Shown: positions 21,079 through 32,191 of the stretch, piece by piece
Layout of the letters: each line of letters begins with the position of its first letter
Position numbering within the stretch: position 1 is the stretch's first letter
Assembly: GCA_963743305.1 (NCBI GenBank)
Contig: CAVUPH010000014.1
Span: 96,001 to 160,000 of the forward strand
Source: an uncultured delta proteobacterium
GTDB taxonomy: Bacteria; Desulfobacterota; RBG-13-43-22
DNA: 64,000 bases
Direction: 5' to 3'
Translations under genes and position numbers: made by a program
The notes under the pieces: model-generated
The model's database searches: none
Told to the model about the DNA's origin: nothing
The model's input: only the letters and a program-made list of their open reading frames with translations

Positions 21079-22354
21079 AATCGGTCCTCCTTTTTTTATG
21101 CTGATGGGATTTAATAGTAAACTCGGTTTCAGCTTTCTCCGGATCTTTATCCGGCAAACGGACGGAATAGTCGGCCCGGTAAAGCTTCCTTAGAATTTCT
21201 CTCCAATGGGACAGGCCTCTGGTCTGGAGGACAAACTCCACCTCGGTGGTCTGGAGGGGTAGGGTAGAAAAGGTCCTTTGATGATGAACCTCAATGATAT
21301 TGGCCCCCCATTCTCCCAGCAAACGGGTTACCTCCGACAAGGCCCCGGGAATATCCCGAATCGCTATGAGAAGGCGAACCAACCGTCCGGATCGGACCAG
21401 TCCCCGCTGAATAATGGCCGAAAGAATCTGAAGATCGATATTCCCGCCGGAAAGTACGATCCCGACTTTCTTCCCCTTGAAGCGCCGGTTTATTTGAAGC
21501 AAGGGGGCCAATCCCGCTGCCCCGGCCCCTTCGACGACGGTCTTTTCCACTTCCAATAAAAGCAGCACCGCTTTCTCCAGTTCCGGCTCATCCACCAGGA
21601 TGATTTCATTCACCAGTCGGCGGATGACGGGCAGGGTCAGGAGGCCTGGTTGTCTGACCGCAATTCCTTCGGCAATGGTGGGCGGGTGGCATTCGACGGG
21701 AAGGGATTTCAGTGCCCGGGCCATGGAGGGGAACCGGACGGATTCGACACCGAATAGTTCTATCGCAGGGCGAAGCGTTTTGGCCGCAATCGCCAGACCG
21801 GCGAGGAGACCTCCGCCGCCGACCGGAGCGATCAGCACCTCAAGATCCGGAAAGGCGCGCAACATCTCCAGGGCAATGGTACCTTGACCGGCGATTACCT
21901 TTTCATCGTCATAGGGGTGAACAAAACAAAGGCCCCTTTCCTCGGACAGTTTTTTGGCCAAAACACCGGCTTCATCCACCCCGGAACCTTCCAGGATCAC
22001 TTCGGCACCAAAGGAAGTGGCCTGTTCCACCTTGATGTTGGGGGTGTTCCGCGGCATAACGATCAGGGCCGGGATGCCCAGACGTCGGGCATGGTAGGAT
22101 ACGGCCAGACCGTGATTTCCGGCGGACATGGCCGCTACGCCCTGCTTTCGCTCTTCCGGCGACAAAGAAAGCAGTTTTACCAGGGCTCCCCGTTCTTTGA
22201 AAGAGGCGGTAAATTGAAAAATTTCAAATTTTAAAAAAACCTCACAGCCGGTGATCTGGGAAAGGGTCGAGGAAGGGACACAGGGGGTTTCAATAATCTG
22301 ACCCTTGATCAGCTCGGCGGCCCGGCAAATGGAGTCAAAAGATACCGGCGGCAT
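21071..22354 (-). CDS. Threonine ammonia-lyase (PLP, C-terminal ACT domain)
   Basis: SFKERGA, SAGNHG, PVGGGGL, SGGNID; likely start MPPVSF. Confidence 0.9.
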   Translation of the reverse strand: MPPVSFDSICRAAELIKGQIIETPCVPSSTLSQITGCEVFLKFEIFQFTASFKERGALVKLLSLSPEERKQGVAAMSAGNHGLAVSYHARRLGIPALIVMPRNTPNIKVEQATSFGAEVILEGSGVDEAGVLAKKLSEERGLCFVHPYDDEKVIAGQGTIALEMLRAFPDLEVLIAPVGGGGLLAGLAIAAKTLRPAIELFGVESVRFPSMARALKSLPVECHPPTIAEGIAVRQPGLLTLPVIRRLVNEIILVDEPELEKAVLLLLEVEKTVVEGAGAAGLAPLLQINRRFKGKKVGIVLSGGNIDLQILSAIIQRGLVRSGRLVRLLIAIRDIPGALSEVTRLLGEWGANIIEVHHQRTFSTLPLQTTEVEFVLQTRGLSHWREILRKLYRADYSVRLPDKDPEKAETEFTIKSHQHKKRRTDYV

Positions 22355-22413
22355 TTCTTCCTCGCGGTCTTTTTTCCCCGTCTCGGAGAGGCAGTTTATA
22401 TCCACAGGCTAAT

Positions 22414-22448
22414 TCTAGCCAAAAATATTTCAAATATTTTTGGCTAGA
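22414..22448. repeat. Perfect AT-rich palindrome, copy 1
   Basis: TCTAGCCAAAAATATTT-C-AAATATTTTTGGCTAGA (17-bp arms). Confidence 0.8.
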
Positions 22449-22716
22449 GATAGGCAATGGTTTGAAAATTGGGAATTTCAAACCGGCGTCGGCACCTGGG
22501 GTTGGGGCAGGTGAGGAAATCGTCCACCCGCACCAGGTAATCCCGCGACTTGGCGAACTTGGCCCGATCAAGGTCGCTTGCGCCGGGCGGCAGTTTCTTC
22601 TTCTTGCTGCGTTTGAGCCAGCGAACCGGGAACTCGGCTTCCTGACGGCACTTCGGGCAGGTATAAGTGGTTTTCTTGGTCTCCGGGGTCTCGTCATAAA
22701 AATTTCGCTCGTCCAT
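22444..22716 (-). CDS. Small zinc-ribbon-like hypothetical protein
   Basis: CPKC...CPNPRC; 90 aa. Confidence 0.7.
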   Translation of the reverse strand: MDERNFYDETPETKKTTYTCPKCRQEAEFPVRWLKRSKKKKLPPGASDLDRAKFAKSRDYLVRVDDFLTCPNPRCRRRFEIPNFQTIAYL

Positions 22717-22785
22717 GATTTCAGATTATCCTTCAATAGTCAGATTCTTTCAACGTTAATTTGAATTACCGCCCAAAAATATATC

Positions 22786-22951
22786 TGACGGACTCGCAAA
22801 AAGTCCGTCAGCAGCCCGAGCGCGAGTGAGCGCCGGGCTGGGGTGATGGTGGAACCATTTGAATTTACTTCAAATGGCGGGGGGAGTCACGCCTAAGGTG
22901 TGAATCCCCGCCGAGCAGAAAGTCGTTTTTAGACTTTTTGCGAGGTCATCA
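22786..22951 (+). mobile_element. MITE-like dispersed repeat, copy 1
   Basis: Imperfect 20-bp terminal IRs (TGACGGACTCGCAAAAAGTC / TGATGACCTCGCAAAAAGTC); homologous to copies at 37930 and 60617. Confidence 0.85.
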
Positions 22952-23112
22952 AATTGGACGCGGCGTCCTGTCGGGCAGGTACTCCTCATCTCCGGCATGG
23001 CCTCCCGGGTCTTTTGAAGGTGTTATAACTTGACAAGCTCTCGATTAATGATTAAAAAACAGGCACCCTTAAAAAAAGGGAGAAGGGAAGGTTTTTTCAA
23101 AAAACTATCATC

Positions 23113-24096
23113 ATGATTGAAGTTGAACACTTGACCAAATATTACGGTCTGGTTCCCGCAGTATCGGACCTGACCTTTCAGGTCGGTCAGGGAGAAGTGG
23201 TAGGTTTTTTAGGTCCCAACGGGGCCGGCAAGACCACGACCATGAAAATCCTGACCTGCTTTCTCCCCCCAACCTCGGGGCAGGCCCGCATCGACGGTTT
23301 GGACCTCTCCCGGGATTCTCTGGGGGTGCGGCAAAAAATCGGCTATTTGCCGGAAAATAACCCGCTCTACAGTGAAATGACCGTAGAGGGCTTTCTTTCC
23401 TTTGCGGCTCAGGCCAAAGGCATTCCCAGCCGAAATGCAAAAACCGCCGCGGCCAAGGTGGCTGAAGACTGCGCCCTGGAGTCGGTCCGGGGAAGGATTA
23501 TCGGCCACCTCTCCAAGGGATTTCGGCAGAGGGTGGGATTGGCCCAGGCCCTGTTGAATGACCCGCCGGTGCTGATTCTGGACGAACCGACTATCGGGCT
23601 GGACCCCGCCCAGGTCGTTGAGATCCGGCAATTGATCAAGTCCCTGGGTCGGGAACGGACCATCCTGCTCAGTTCTCATATTCTCCCCGAGATCAGCCAG
23701 CTCTGCCAGAAAGTGATCATCCTGAATCAGGGGCGGATAGTGGCCACGGATACGGTCTCAAGCCTCACCGCCCAGCTCCAAAGTTCCCGGAAGATCAAGT
23801 TGACCATCCGAGGCCCGCAAGAGGCCATCCTGACCACCCTGGCGGAAATAGACGGGATTCTGCGAATCGAACCCCAGGACGATGAAGGGGCCTACGAACT
23901 CGAAATGCGGAAAGAACTGGACGTCCGGGCGGATATCAGCCGGGCGGTCGTGCAGCAGGGTTGGGATCTGCTGGAAATGCGCAGCCAGGATTTAAGTTTG
24001 GAGGAAATCTTTGTCCAGTTGGTGACGGAAGAACCAACCGGAGAGGAACCGATGGGGAAAGAACCAGAAGGGGAAAAGCCCGGAGGAGAATCATGA
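23113..24096 (+). CDS. ABC transporter ATP-binding protein (GldA-like)
   Basis: GPNGAGKTT, LSKGFRQR, ILDEPT. Confidence 0.93.
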   Translation: MIEVEHLTKYYGLVPAVSDLTFQVGQGEVVGFLGPNGAGKTTTMKILTCFLPPTSGQARIDGLDLSRDSLGVRQKIGYLPENNPLYSEMTVEGFLSFAAQAKGIPSRNAKTAAAKVAEDCALESVRGRIIGHLSKGFRQRVGLAQALLNDPPVLILDEPTIGLDPAQVVEIRQLIKSLGRERTILLSSHILPEISQLCQKVIILNQGRIVATDTVSSLTAQLQSSRKIKLTIRGPQEAILTTLAEIDGILRIEPQDDEGAYELEMRKELDVRADISRAVVQQGWDLLEMRSQDLSLEEIFVQLVTEEPTGEEPMGKEPEGEKPGGES

Positions 24097-24863
24097 AAGG
24101 GTTCGGGGCCGTCTTTAAAAAAGAAATCTACACCTTTTTTGCTTCCCCTATTTTTTATGTGGTCGGAACCATCTTTTTGACCATCGCCGGGTATTTTTTT
24201 TACACCGCCGTGGCCTATTACAGTCTGATCAGTTTTCAGGCGGCCCAAAACGCCTATATGGGGGGTCAGGTCAATTTGAATGAGATGGTCATTAAACCCT
24301 TAATGGACGACATCAGTGTCATCCTGCTCCTGATTGTCCCCCTGTTGACCATGCGCCTGATCGCGGAGGAGAAGAAAAACGGGACCATGGAATTGCTGTT
24401 GACCTATCCACTGCGGGATATGGCGATCGTTCTGGGAAAATATGCTGCTACCCTTTTGGTCCTGGTGATCCTCCTGGCGGTAACCCTGATCTATGTCCTG
24501 CTGCTTTCCTGGGTAGGAGAGTTCGAGTGGGGGGTGGTTTGGGCCGGGTATGGCGGCTTGGTCCTCATGACCGCCGGTTTTGTCGCCCTGGGTCTTTTTT
24601 TCTCAGCCTTGACCCAGAATCAAATCATCGCGGCCGTCCTGGGGTTCGGTGCCCTACTCATGTTCTGGATGATCGGCTGGGCCGGGTCTCTTTCGGGGCC
24701 GGTGGCAGGCAAGGTGGTCAATTATCTATCTATTCTGGAACACCTGGACTCTTTTACCAAGGGGGTCATCGATACCCGGGATATAGGCTATTACCTGACC
24801 TTTTCGGCCTTTTTTATTTTCTTAACGCTTCGCTTCCTTGATTCCCGGAAAATCCGGGGCTAA
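24093..24863 (+). CDS. ABC-2 permease (GldF-like)
   Basis: Start MKGFG overlaps the previous stop (ATGA); EEKKNGTMELLLT; six TM segments. Confidence 0.9.
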   Translation: MKGFGAVFKKEIYTFFASPIFYVVGTIFLTIAGYFFYTAVAYYSLISFQAAQNAYMGGQVNLNEMVIKPLMDDISVILLLIVPLLTMRLIAEEKKNGTMELLLTYPLRDMAIVLGKYAATLLVLVILLAVTLIYVLLLSWVGEFEWGVVWAGYGGLVLMTAGFVALGLFFSALTQNQIIAAVLGFGALLMFWMIGWAGSLSGPVAGKVVNYLSILEHLDSFTKGVIDTRDIGYYLTFSAFFIFLTLRFLDSRKIRG

Positions 24864-24883
24864 GTCCTGACAGAGACGCTGAT

Positions 24884-26281
24884 ATGGCTGAACACCCAAT
24901 GACCCGCTGGAAAGAAGGGTCCATCATCACCCTAGTGAGCATTCTTTTTATCGCCATCCTGGTGGGGATTAATTTGATTCTATACCGCTTCCCCGGAAGG
25001 GCGGATTTAACCGAAGGCCGCCGTCATTCCCTTTCCGTCCAGACTCGGAATATCCTCAAGAACATCCATCAGGAGGTCTGGATTCGGGCCTTTTTCCAGG
25101 AAGGCCATCCGACCAGGAAGAAGGCCAAAGAACTTCTGGACAACTACAGCACCATTAATCCCCAGATCCACTATCAATTCATTGATCCCGACCGGCAGCC
25201 ATCGCTGGCCCAAAAGTACGGGGCCCGCAATTACGGCACCCTGGTCCTGGAATCCGCGGGCCGGACCCAGAGCGCCAATGCGGCCGATGAAGAGGGGATC
25301 ACCAACGCCCTCCTGCGTCTGAGCCAGCCAAAGGCCAAAAAAGTGATTTTCACCACCGGTCACGGGGAAAGGAGCCTCCAAGAAACTCAGCGGGAAGGCT
25401 TCTCCTTTGCCAAGGGTATTTTGGAAAAAGAAAACTACCGGGTGGAGGAACAAAGTCTCCTTAGCGGATCGGGCCTGCCGGCGGATACCGGCTGCCTGGT
25501 CATCGCCGGGCCGAGAAAACCCTTTATGCCGGTGGAACTGGAAGACCTAAAAAAATACCTGGCCGGCGGCGGGAAAATATTCCTCCTCCTGGAACCTTTT
25601 TTGGATGCCGGTTTGAAAGATTGGGTCGGGTCCTACGGGTTGATCTTGGGGAATGATATTATCATCGATCGCCTGAGCCGGGCCTTTGGCGGCGATTATC
25701 TGATCCCCATGGCCGGGGTCTATGGCCAGCACCCGATCACGGAAAAATTCAAGGTAGCGACTTTTTTCCCCACGGCCCGGTCTCTGGATTTCACCGCTCC
25801 TCTGCCCCCGGGGATCACCACGGAAGTGCTGGTCCAGTCCTCCCCGGCCAGTTGGGGGGAAACCAACAAAGCCAAGATGGAAAAAGGCGAGGCGGCATTT
25901 GATGAAGGGCAGGATAAAAAAGGTCCGCTCAATATAGCCGTGCTGATCAATATCAAACCTGGAAGGGTCGGCGGGCCCGAGGCCAAAAAAGAGGGGGCTC
26001 AACCCCAACCGGGCCGCCTGGCGGTTTTCGGGGACTCGGACTTTGCCACGAATGGGTATTTCAACCAAGCCGGAAATGGTGATCTATTTTTAAATACCAT
26101 CAATTTCCTGACCGAAGAAGCCCAGCTTATCAGCATCCGGCCCGCCAAAAGCCCGGTAAAACCCCTGACCTTATCCGCCGCCCAAGGCCAGGTCTTGTTC
26201 TGGGTTCCCTTGATCCTGATCCCCTTGTTGATGATTGCCATCGGGGTTACGGTCTGGCGGCAGAGGAGAAAGGCCCGTTGA
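24884..26281 (+). CDS. GldG-family ABC auxiliary component
   Basis: DLTEGRRHSLS, FTTGHGE, VFGDSDF; C-terminal TM. Confidence 0.9.
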   Translation: MAEHPMTRWKEGSIITLVSILFIAILVGINLILYRFPGRADLTEGRRHSLSVQTRNILKNIHQEVWIRAFFQEGHPTRKKAKELLDNYSTINPQIHYQFIDPDRQPSLAQKYGARNYGTLVLESAGRTQSANAADEEGITNALLRLSQPKAKKVIFTTGHGERSLQETQREGFSFAKGILEKENYRVEEQSLLSGSGLPADTGCLVIAGPRKPFMPVELEDLKKYLAGGGKIFLLLEPFLDAGLKDWVGSYGLILGNDIIIDRLSRAFGGDYLIPMAGVYGQHPITEKFKVATFFPTARSLDFTAPLPPGITTEVLVQSSPASWGETNKAKMEKGEAAFDEGQDKKGPLNIAVLINIKPGRVGGPEAKKEGAQPQPGRLAVFGDSDFATNGYFNQAGNGDLFLNTINFLTEEAQLISIRPAKSPVKPLTLSAAQGQVLFWVPLILIPLLMIAIGVTVWRQRRKAR

Positions 26282-27249
26282 GCTGGAAGAAGGTTTGGAT
26301 CTATCTGGTTGTCCTGGTAGTGGTGGCCGGGGCGTTTATCATTTCGGAATTGTTTATTCCCCGCCAGGCCAAAAAAGACGACCATCCCCCGCTATTTAAT
26401 TTCACCCCTGGGGACATTCACGAAATCCGCTGGCAACGAGGAGAGTCGGTCATCGAGCTCAAAAAAAATAAAAATTGGGAAATAGTAAAACCCCTGAACA
26501 CCCCGGCCGACCCGGTGGTGGTAGAAGGGGTGTTGCAGGCCTTGAACAGCCTGAAACCGGAGCGCAAATTTCAGCCCGAGGGAAAGGACCTGACCGAATT
26601 CGGTCTGAACCCGCCCCTGGTCCGCATCGACTTTACTGCCCAGGGAAAAAAGTTTGAACTCCAACTCGGATCCAAAACCGTTGCCGGTCAGTCGCGATAT
26701 TTCAAAACTTCCCTTCTCCCGGATATCTATTTGGTAGAGGCCTTCACCGCCAAGGAACTGGATCGCGATGTTTTGGCTTTACGGGAGAAAAAGGTTTTTT
26801 CCTTAACCCCGGATCAGATCGAGGCCCTGGAAATCGGAATAGGGAAAAAGAACCTCCAATTGATGAAGACGGCCCGGGGGTGGGTGGGGAAAGGGCAGCC
26901 GGAGAAGCCCTTGGATAAAAACCGGGTGGAATCCCTGATCCTTGATTTGACCTGGGTCAAGGCCAAAGAATTTTTGGAAGGGGAGGAAGAGAACTCCGCC
27001 TGGGGGCTGAAGGAGCCCGCCTATCGGATCCGGTTGAGCGGCGGGGGAAAAGAGAAAAAGGACGAGGAGCTATGGATCGGGGCCGAGGCTGGAAGCAAAG
27101 GCTTCTATGCCCGCAGCAGTTTGTACCCCTCGACCCTGATTATTGAAGGCGAAATCTTAAAGAAGATCCCCGCCGATCTAAGCGGATGGGAAGAAAAGCC
27201 CGTTCCGGAAAAGGGATCCGCAGGTCCGGAAAGCAAAAAGGGTTCCTGA
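26278..27249 (+). CDS. DUF4340-like protein
   Basis: N-terminal TM, repeated FGL/WGL-x-x-P motifs; typical position after GldG. Confidence 0.75.
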   Translation: MSWKKVWIYLVVLVVVAGAFIISELFIPRQAKKDDHPPLFNFTPGDIHEIRWQRGESVIELKKNKNWEIVKPLNTPADPVVVEGVLQALNSLKPERKFQPEGKDLTEFGLNPPLVRIDFTAQGKKFELQLGSKTVAGQSRYFKTSLLPDIYLVEAFTAKELDRDVLALREKKVFSLTPDQIEALEIGIGKKNLQLMKTARGWVGKGQPEKPLDKNRVESLILDLTWVKAKEFLEGEEENSAWGLKEPAYRIRLSGGGKEKKDEELWIGAEAGSKGFYARSSLYPSTLIIEGEILKKIPADLSGWEEKPVPEKGSAGPESKKGS

Positions 27250-27644
27250 TGGCAAAAGCAATCTTGGGTTGTTTAAAAAAGAGGGAACTGATTCAGGAGG
27301 TGACGACCAGTCGCGAAACCCTGATCAAATTCGGGCAGGAGTATTTAAAGGAGGGACGCTGGTTGGAGGCCCTGGAGTTTTTTGAACGGGCGCCGGATCC
27401 GGAAGGACTGCGAACGCTTAAAAATCGGGGCTTGGAAGAAGGCGATCCCTTTTTATATAAGCAAGCCTGCCGGTTTCTGAAAGAAAGTCCGGAACCGGCA
27501 GATTGGAAACTGATTGGAGAAAAGGCCCTTTCCCAGGGCCGCTGGCTCCAGGCCCTCACCGCCTTCAAGGCGCTGGCCGATGAGACAAAAATTCAGGAGA
27601 TTACTCAGTTGATAGCTGATTCTAAGCAAAATGACCACGAATAA
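27249..27644 (+). CDS. Hypothetical TPR-like helical protein
   Basis: Start MAKAILG coupled to upstream stop; repeated GRWLxAL motif. Confidence 0.65.
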   Translation: MAKAILGCLKKRELIQEVTTSRETLIKFGQEYLKEGRWLEALEFFERAPDPEGLRTLKNRGLEEGDPFLYKQACRFLKESPEPADWKLIGEKALSQGRWLQALTAFKALADETKIQEITQLIADSKQNDHE

Positions 27645-28734
27645 CCACAAACGGGATTATTACGAAGTCCTGGGGGTTTCCCGGCAGTCCAGCGAAGAGG
27701 AGATCAAGAAGAGTTACCGGAAAATGGCCCTCCAATACCATCCCGATCGCAACCCGGGAGACAAAGAGGCCGAAGAACGTTTCAAAGAGGCCGCTGAGGC
27801 CTATGAGGTCTTGCACGACGCTCAGAAGCGGGAATTGTATGATCGGTACGGCCACGAAGGCCTGCGCAATACCGGCTTTTCCGGGTTCAGCGGCTTTGAG
27901 GACATTTTTTCCAGCTTCAGTGACATCTTTGAAGACTTTTTCGGGTTAGGCCGCAGGGGCCGAGGCGGGGCTTCGCGGGCCCGGGAGGGGGCCGACCTGC
28001 GCTACGACCTTTCCATCTCCTTCATGGAAGCCGCCCAAGGGAAAGAAATGGAAATCAGCGTCCCCCGGCTGGAGTCCTGTACCGAATGCCAGGGAAACGG
28101 GATGGAACCGGGCACCCAACCCGAAACCTGCTCTAGCTGCGGCGGAAGAGGCCAGGTCATTCAATCCCAGGGTTTTTTCCGGATCAGCGCCCCCTGCCCC
28201 CGCTGTTACGGCCAGGGCCGGATTAATACCCATCCCTGTAAAGCCTGCCAGGGCCAGGGTCGGATTGAGAAGACCAAGACCTTGAATTTAAAGATACCCC
28301 CCGGCATTGCCGGCGGTTCCCGGCTGCGTTTTCGAGGCCAGGGTGAGGGCGGGACCCACGGCGGTCCCCCGGGGGATCTCTATGTGGTCGTCTATGTGGA
28401 AGAGCACGAATTTTTCCACCGGGAAGGGGACGATGTCCTTTGTTCCATCCCGATCTCCATGATCCAGGCCGCTCTGGGGACCGAAGTGGAAGTACCGACC
28501 TTAAACGGCAATAAAAAACTGACCATCCCCAAGGGCGCCCAATACGGCCAGACCTTGAAGTTGAAAGGCGAGGGGTTCCCCCATGTCCGCGGATCCGGAA
28601 AAGGGGATCAAATCATCCACCTGGAAGTCAAGATCCCAACCAAGCTCAGCCGACGGCAGGAGGAGTTGCTGCGGGAGTTTGAGGAACTGGACACCAAAAA
28701 GGGCGGCTCCAAGCTGTTCAAGATTTTTTCCTGA
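27631..28734 (+). CDS. dnaJ: Chaperone DnaJ
   Basis: HPD motif, G/F region, four CxxCxGxG repeats. Confidence 0.97.
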   Translation: MTTNNHKRDYYEVLGVSRQSSEEEIKKSYRKMALQYHPDRNPGDKEAEERFKEAAEAYEVLHDAQKRELYDRYGHEGLRNTGFSGFSGFEDIFSSFSDIFEDFFGLGRRGRGGASRAREGADLRYDLSISFMEAAQGKEMEISVPRLESCTECQGNGMEPGTQPETCSSCGGRGQVIQSQGFFRISAPCPRCYGQGRINTHPCKACQGQGRIEKTKTLNLKIPPGIAGGSRLRFRGQGEGGTHGGPPGDLYVVVYVEEHEFFHREGDDVLCSIPISMIQAALGTEVEVPTLNGNKKLTIPKGAQYGQTLKLKGEGFPHVRGSGKGDQIIHLEVKIPTKLSRRQEELLREFEELDTKKGGSKLFKIFS

Positions 28735-28781
28735 AGGCAAAATGATCTTCCGATCCGCTGCCTCCCGAGCGGGGTTGGCGC

Positions 28782-29645
28782 TTGTTACGCATTGACGCCC
28801 ATACCCATGCCTATCCGGAAAAAGACCGGGAAACGGTCCTGGAAAGAGTCCGCCTTTTAGACGGACACCTGGCCGCGGACAACCCCTATAAATGGCAGCT
28901 TCACCAGGAGGGGACCATCGAAGCCCTGGTGGAAACAGAAACCCGGGCCGGGTTCGATCGCTGGGTCCTGCTTCCGATTACCGGTCGCCCGGACGGATGT
29001 TCCCGGTTAAATCGCTGGGCTGCTTCTCAAGCGCAAGACTATCCGCAAATCATTCCCTTTGCCTCCTTAACCCCCCACTCGCCCACTGCGGCCGAAGATT
29101 TGGCGGAAGCCTTAGCCCTGGGACTTCAGGGGATTAAAATCCATTCCCTGCTCCAACGAATTGATTTGGTAGATTCTCAAACGCTGGGTTGGCTGGGAAT
29201 GATCCAAGAAGCCGGACTGCCTGTTTTGCTGGATTCCATGAACCTGCAAGGAGTCCGGGCCGTCAAGCCCCACATGGATATTCTGCTGAATGAATGGGCG
29301 CCTTATGAAACCGGCCCGGCAAAGATCGGCTTCCTGGCTCGAACCTTCCCGGGCATCAAATTTATCGCCGCCCATGGAGGCTGTCTATACGGTTGGGATT
29401 TACTGGATCCGCTCTATGACCGGGATAATGTCTACCTGGATCTTTCTTTTGTTTTAGAGATCCTTCCGCCGGAAGAAATAGAAAAACTAATCCAACGCAA
29501 AGGGAGCGAATTTTTTCTCTTCGGTTCGGACAATCCCTGGCGCCGGCCGGAGGAATCCTGGGACCGATTCCTACGCCTTGAGCTTTCCAGCCGTGATCGG
29601 GTAAAAATCGCCGGCCTCAACCTTCAGCGGATTCTAAGCCCCTGA
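28782..29645 (+). CDS. Amidohydrolase_2 family metallohydrolase
   Basis: IDAHTH, GIKIH, AAHGG, FGSDNPW. Confidence 0.85.
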   Translation: MLRIDAHTHAYPEKDRETVLERVRLLDGHLAADNPYKWQLHQEGTIEALVETETRAGFDRWVLLPITGRPDGCSRLNRWAASQAQDYPQIIPFASLTPHSPTAAEDLAEALALGLQGIKIHSLLQRIDLVDSQTLGWLGMIQEAGLPVLLDSMNLQGVRAVKPHMDILLNEWAPYETGPAKIGFLARTFPGIKFIAAHGGCLYGWDLLDPLYDRDNVYLDLSFVLEILPPEEIEKLIQRKGSEFFLFGSDNPWRRPEESWDRFLRLELSSRDRVKIAGLNLQRILSP

Positions 29646-29707
29646 TCGTTGAAAGGAAATCTCTATTTTTTTGATTTAAGCAGGAAATTGACGGAAGGAA
29701 GGTCAAA

Positions 29708-30400
29708 ATGAAACGACGCCTATTTCTCGAAAAAGCGATGATCATGGGCCTGGGAGTGCTGACTTTATTGAAAGGGACGACGCCCTGGGGCCGGGAGCTT
29801 ATTACCGAGGCTTCGGCAGCGGAAGCGCCTTTTTCCGGTCAGGAGGTTCTCGTTCTGCCCCCTGATGGAAAAAATAACCCCTTTCCCTTGGAGCGGGCCT
29901 TGAAGGAGCGAAAGACCAACCGCTCCTATGATCCGGGACGGACCTTATCCCTGCCGGAAATCTCCAGGCTCCTCTGGGCGGCCGACGGGGTCAACCGGGA
30001 GAACGGCCGCCGCACCGCTCCCTCGGCCCTGGGCCGCTATCCAGTGGAGATCCTGGCAGCGTTGCCACAGGGCGTCTACCGCTATGAACCCCAATCCCAT
30101 CGGCTGGTCCGGATCATGGCTGACGACCTCCGCAGCCGGATCCCGGCTCAGGCCGCTTTCAAGCAGGCGGGCATGATCCTGCTTTACATAATAGACCGGG
30201 AAAAGGTTTCCGGTAAAGATTTGGGCTGGGCGGATTTGGAAATCGGCTGCATCGGACAAAACCTTTTTCTGGAGGCCGCGGCCCTGGGCCTGGGATCCGG
30301 CATCTTCGCCAATATGAATACCGAGGAAGTCGCCAAGATGCTTGGACTCAAGAACAACCGGATGCTACGCATCGCCCAGGCCGTCGGAGCGGTCAAGTAA
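29708..30400 (+). CDS. SagB/ThcOx-like nitroreductase with Tat-like signal
   Basis: MKRRLFL; RRTAPSA, GCIGQNLFLEA. Confidence 0.85.
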   Translation: MKRRLFLEKAMIMGLGVLTLLKGTTPWGRELITEASAAEAPFSGQEVLVLPPDGKNNPFPLERALKERKTNRSYDPGRTLSLPEISRLLWAADGVNRENGRRTAPSALGRYPVEILAALPQGVYRYEPQSHRLVRIMADDLRSRIPAQAAFKQAGMILLYIIDREKVSGKDLGWADLEIGCIGQNLFLEAAALGLGSGIFANMNTEEVAKMLGLKNNRMLRIAQAVGAVK

Positions 30401-30446
30401 GTTCAACATCCAGAGCCTAAGCCTGGATTACCGGCCGGCATATTTT

Positions 30447-30923
30447 TCAGAAGCCCATCTGGGCCATGGCAATCCGGCCGCGTTTTTGAAGCTCCTCTGC
30501 GCTTAGATCCTCCTTATGGGTTCCTATCCCCCAGGAATGACCGAAAGGGTCGGTCACCTGGCCGAAACGGTCGCCCCAGAACATATCCGCAACCGGCATA
30601 TCTACCTGGGCTCCCGCGGCCACTGCCTGATTGAAGGTCCGGTCAACATCCGGAACATATAAATAAAGTGTGATCGTCGTACCGCCCAACGATTGGGGCG
30701 ACCGGCATTTGCCGCCGGGCATTTCGTCGGACAGCATGATCGTGGAATCGCCCAGCCTTAGTTCGACGTGGGCCACCTTTCCTTGTGGTCCATCCAGGCG
30801 AAACGTTTCTTCTGCACCGAAGGCCTTTTTGTAAAAAGTGATGGCTTCTGCGGCGTTATGCACGGTCAGATAGGTGTTGACGCTATGATAGCCATCCGGA
30901 ATCTGTTTCGCCGAATCGGCCAT
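30447..30923 (-). CDS. VOC/PhnB-family protein
   Basis: IPDGYHSV, FYKKAFGA, MFWGDRFGQVTDPFGHSW. Confidence 0.9.
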   Translation of the reverse strand: MADSAKQIPDGYHSVNTYLTVHNAAEAITFYKKAFGAEETFRLDGPQGKVAHVELRLGDSTIMLSDEMPGGKCRSPQSLGGTTITLYLYVPDVDRTFNQAVAAGAQVDMPVADMFWGDRFGQVTDPFGHSWGIGTHKEDLSAEELQKRGRIAMAQMGF

Positions 30924-31174
30924 GGTTTTTTCCTCCTCTACCGATGAATTTAAATTCTTTCGTAAATTGTATAGAAATTTTTGGAGAGGTAAATACTCAG
31001 AATCCGGTATTTTGGACAAAAAGAAGTAGTATCTTAGGAAGATTTTTCCCCTTTCGCCATTCATTGATTACTTCTTCAATTCGCTCGTACGGAAATCCGG
31101 GCCAGATTTCATGACCTGTGAAAACATCGGTGTTAGGAATTGGGCGAATTCAGACCTCAGTCTGGATAAATAAT

Positions 31175-32179
31175 TCACCCGGCCCGATGGGGATCTGATT
31201 TCGGGGACCGTTCGAGGAGGTGTCGCGCCAGCGGTTGAAGAAGTTGCGGGGACAGATAGATGGGGAACTGAGAAAGCGCGAAATAAACCCAGGTGAAGTC
31301 GGGCAAGACTCCACCGGTCGCCGCCAGCATCAGCCCCAGGTTACGCTGGGAAGCCATGAACCCCAGCGCCAGGGCACGCCCCCGCCCGGCGGAAAAAAAC
31401 AGGAGCGTCGTCAGGAAAAGGATTCCGAAGAAGACCGCGAAAGCCAACGCAGCCAGGGCCAGGGTGGTCATCGGGGCGGCTAGGAATCGAACGCCGACCC
31501 CTTCCATGACAGCCGCCACGAAGACAAAAAGGACAAGAATATTGAGGCCGTTCAGTTTTTCTTTTTGACCTTCGATGGCCGCCAGGCCAAAAACTCGGCG
31601 CAGGAAAAATCCAACCAAAGCGGCACCCGCGAGGATGGCGAATAATTTGGTCGCCAGGCCCAGCGGTGCAATCGAGAGACTTGGTCCAACGAAAACGTAG
31701 GCAAACAAGGGCCCCGTTATGGGGATCAGCGCCGTGCTGCTGATCAAGGTGACCAAAACCAGCGTGGCATCCAACCCCATTAAGGCGGCTAACGAGGGAG
31801 CGGCCATCATCGGCGAAGCTACGGCCTGCAACATGAGCGAGAGAAACAAGTCGGGGTCCTGTTTATCGAGACCCCAGGCGTGCCCGCCCACGCCAAACAG
31901 GACCGGAATGGCCAGAGAAGTCCAGGCCGTGGCCGCCAGCACGAGGGCAGGACGACGAAGACAGGCCTTGAAACTGGCGGTGTCCACCCGAAGGAAGGCG
32001 ATGGCTAAGAGCAGGAAGACGGCCTCGGTGACATATGGCTTGAGCAAGGCGCCGAACGCTGGAAGGAGGATGCCGACCACCACGAGCGCGGCAACGACTA
32101 ACGGTCCTTGCCGGCCAAGCCAGGAGAGCATTGCTCCGGGTAAATCAATAAGGAGCCTTCTAAGAAACACCCTTGCCAA
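31175..32179 (-). CDS. Na+-dependent (bile acid:sodium symporter-like) transporter
   Basis: About ten TM segments; ASPMMAAP, QRNLGL. Confidence 0.75.
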   Translation of the reverse strand: MARVFLRRLLIDLPGAMLSWLGRQGPLVVAALVVVGILLPAFGALLKPYVTEAVFLLLAIAFLRVDTASFKACLRRPALVLAATAWTSLAIPVLFGVGGHAWGLDKQDPDLFLSLMLQAVASPMMAAPSLAALMGLDATLVLVTLISSTALIPITGPLFAYVFVGPSLSIAPLGLATKLFAILAGAALVGFFLRRVFGLAAIEGQKEKLNGLNILVLFVFVAAVMEGVGVRFLAAPMTTLALAALAFAVFFGILFLTTLLFFSAGRGRALALGFMASQRNLGLMLAATGGVLPDFTWVYFALSQFPIYLSPQLLQPLARHLLERSPKSDPHRAG

Positions 32180-32191
32180 CTCGTGACATCC

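Noticed and set aside
22786-22951. CRISPR array or riboswitch/T-box explanation for the repeat
   Set aside because: Copies are dispersed, in both orientations, beside unrelated genes, and have terminal IRs and target duplications. No repeat-spacer array or cas gene was seen.
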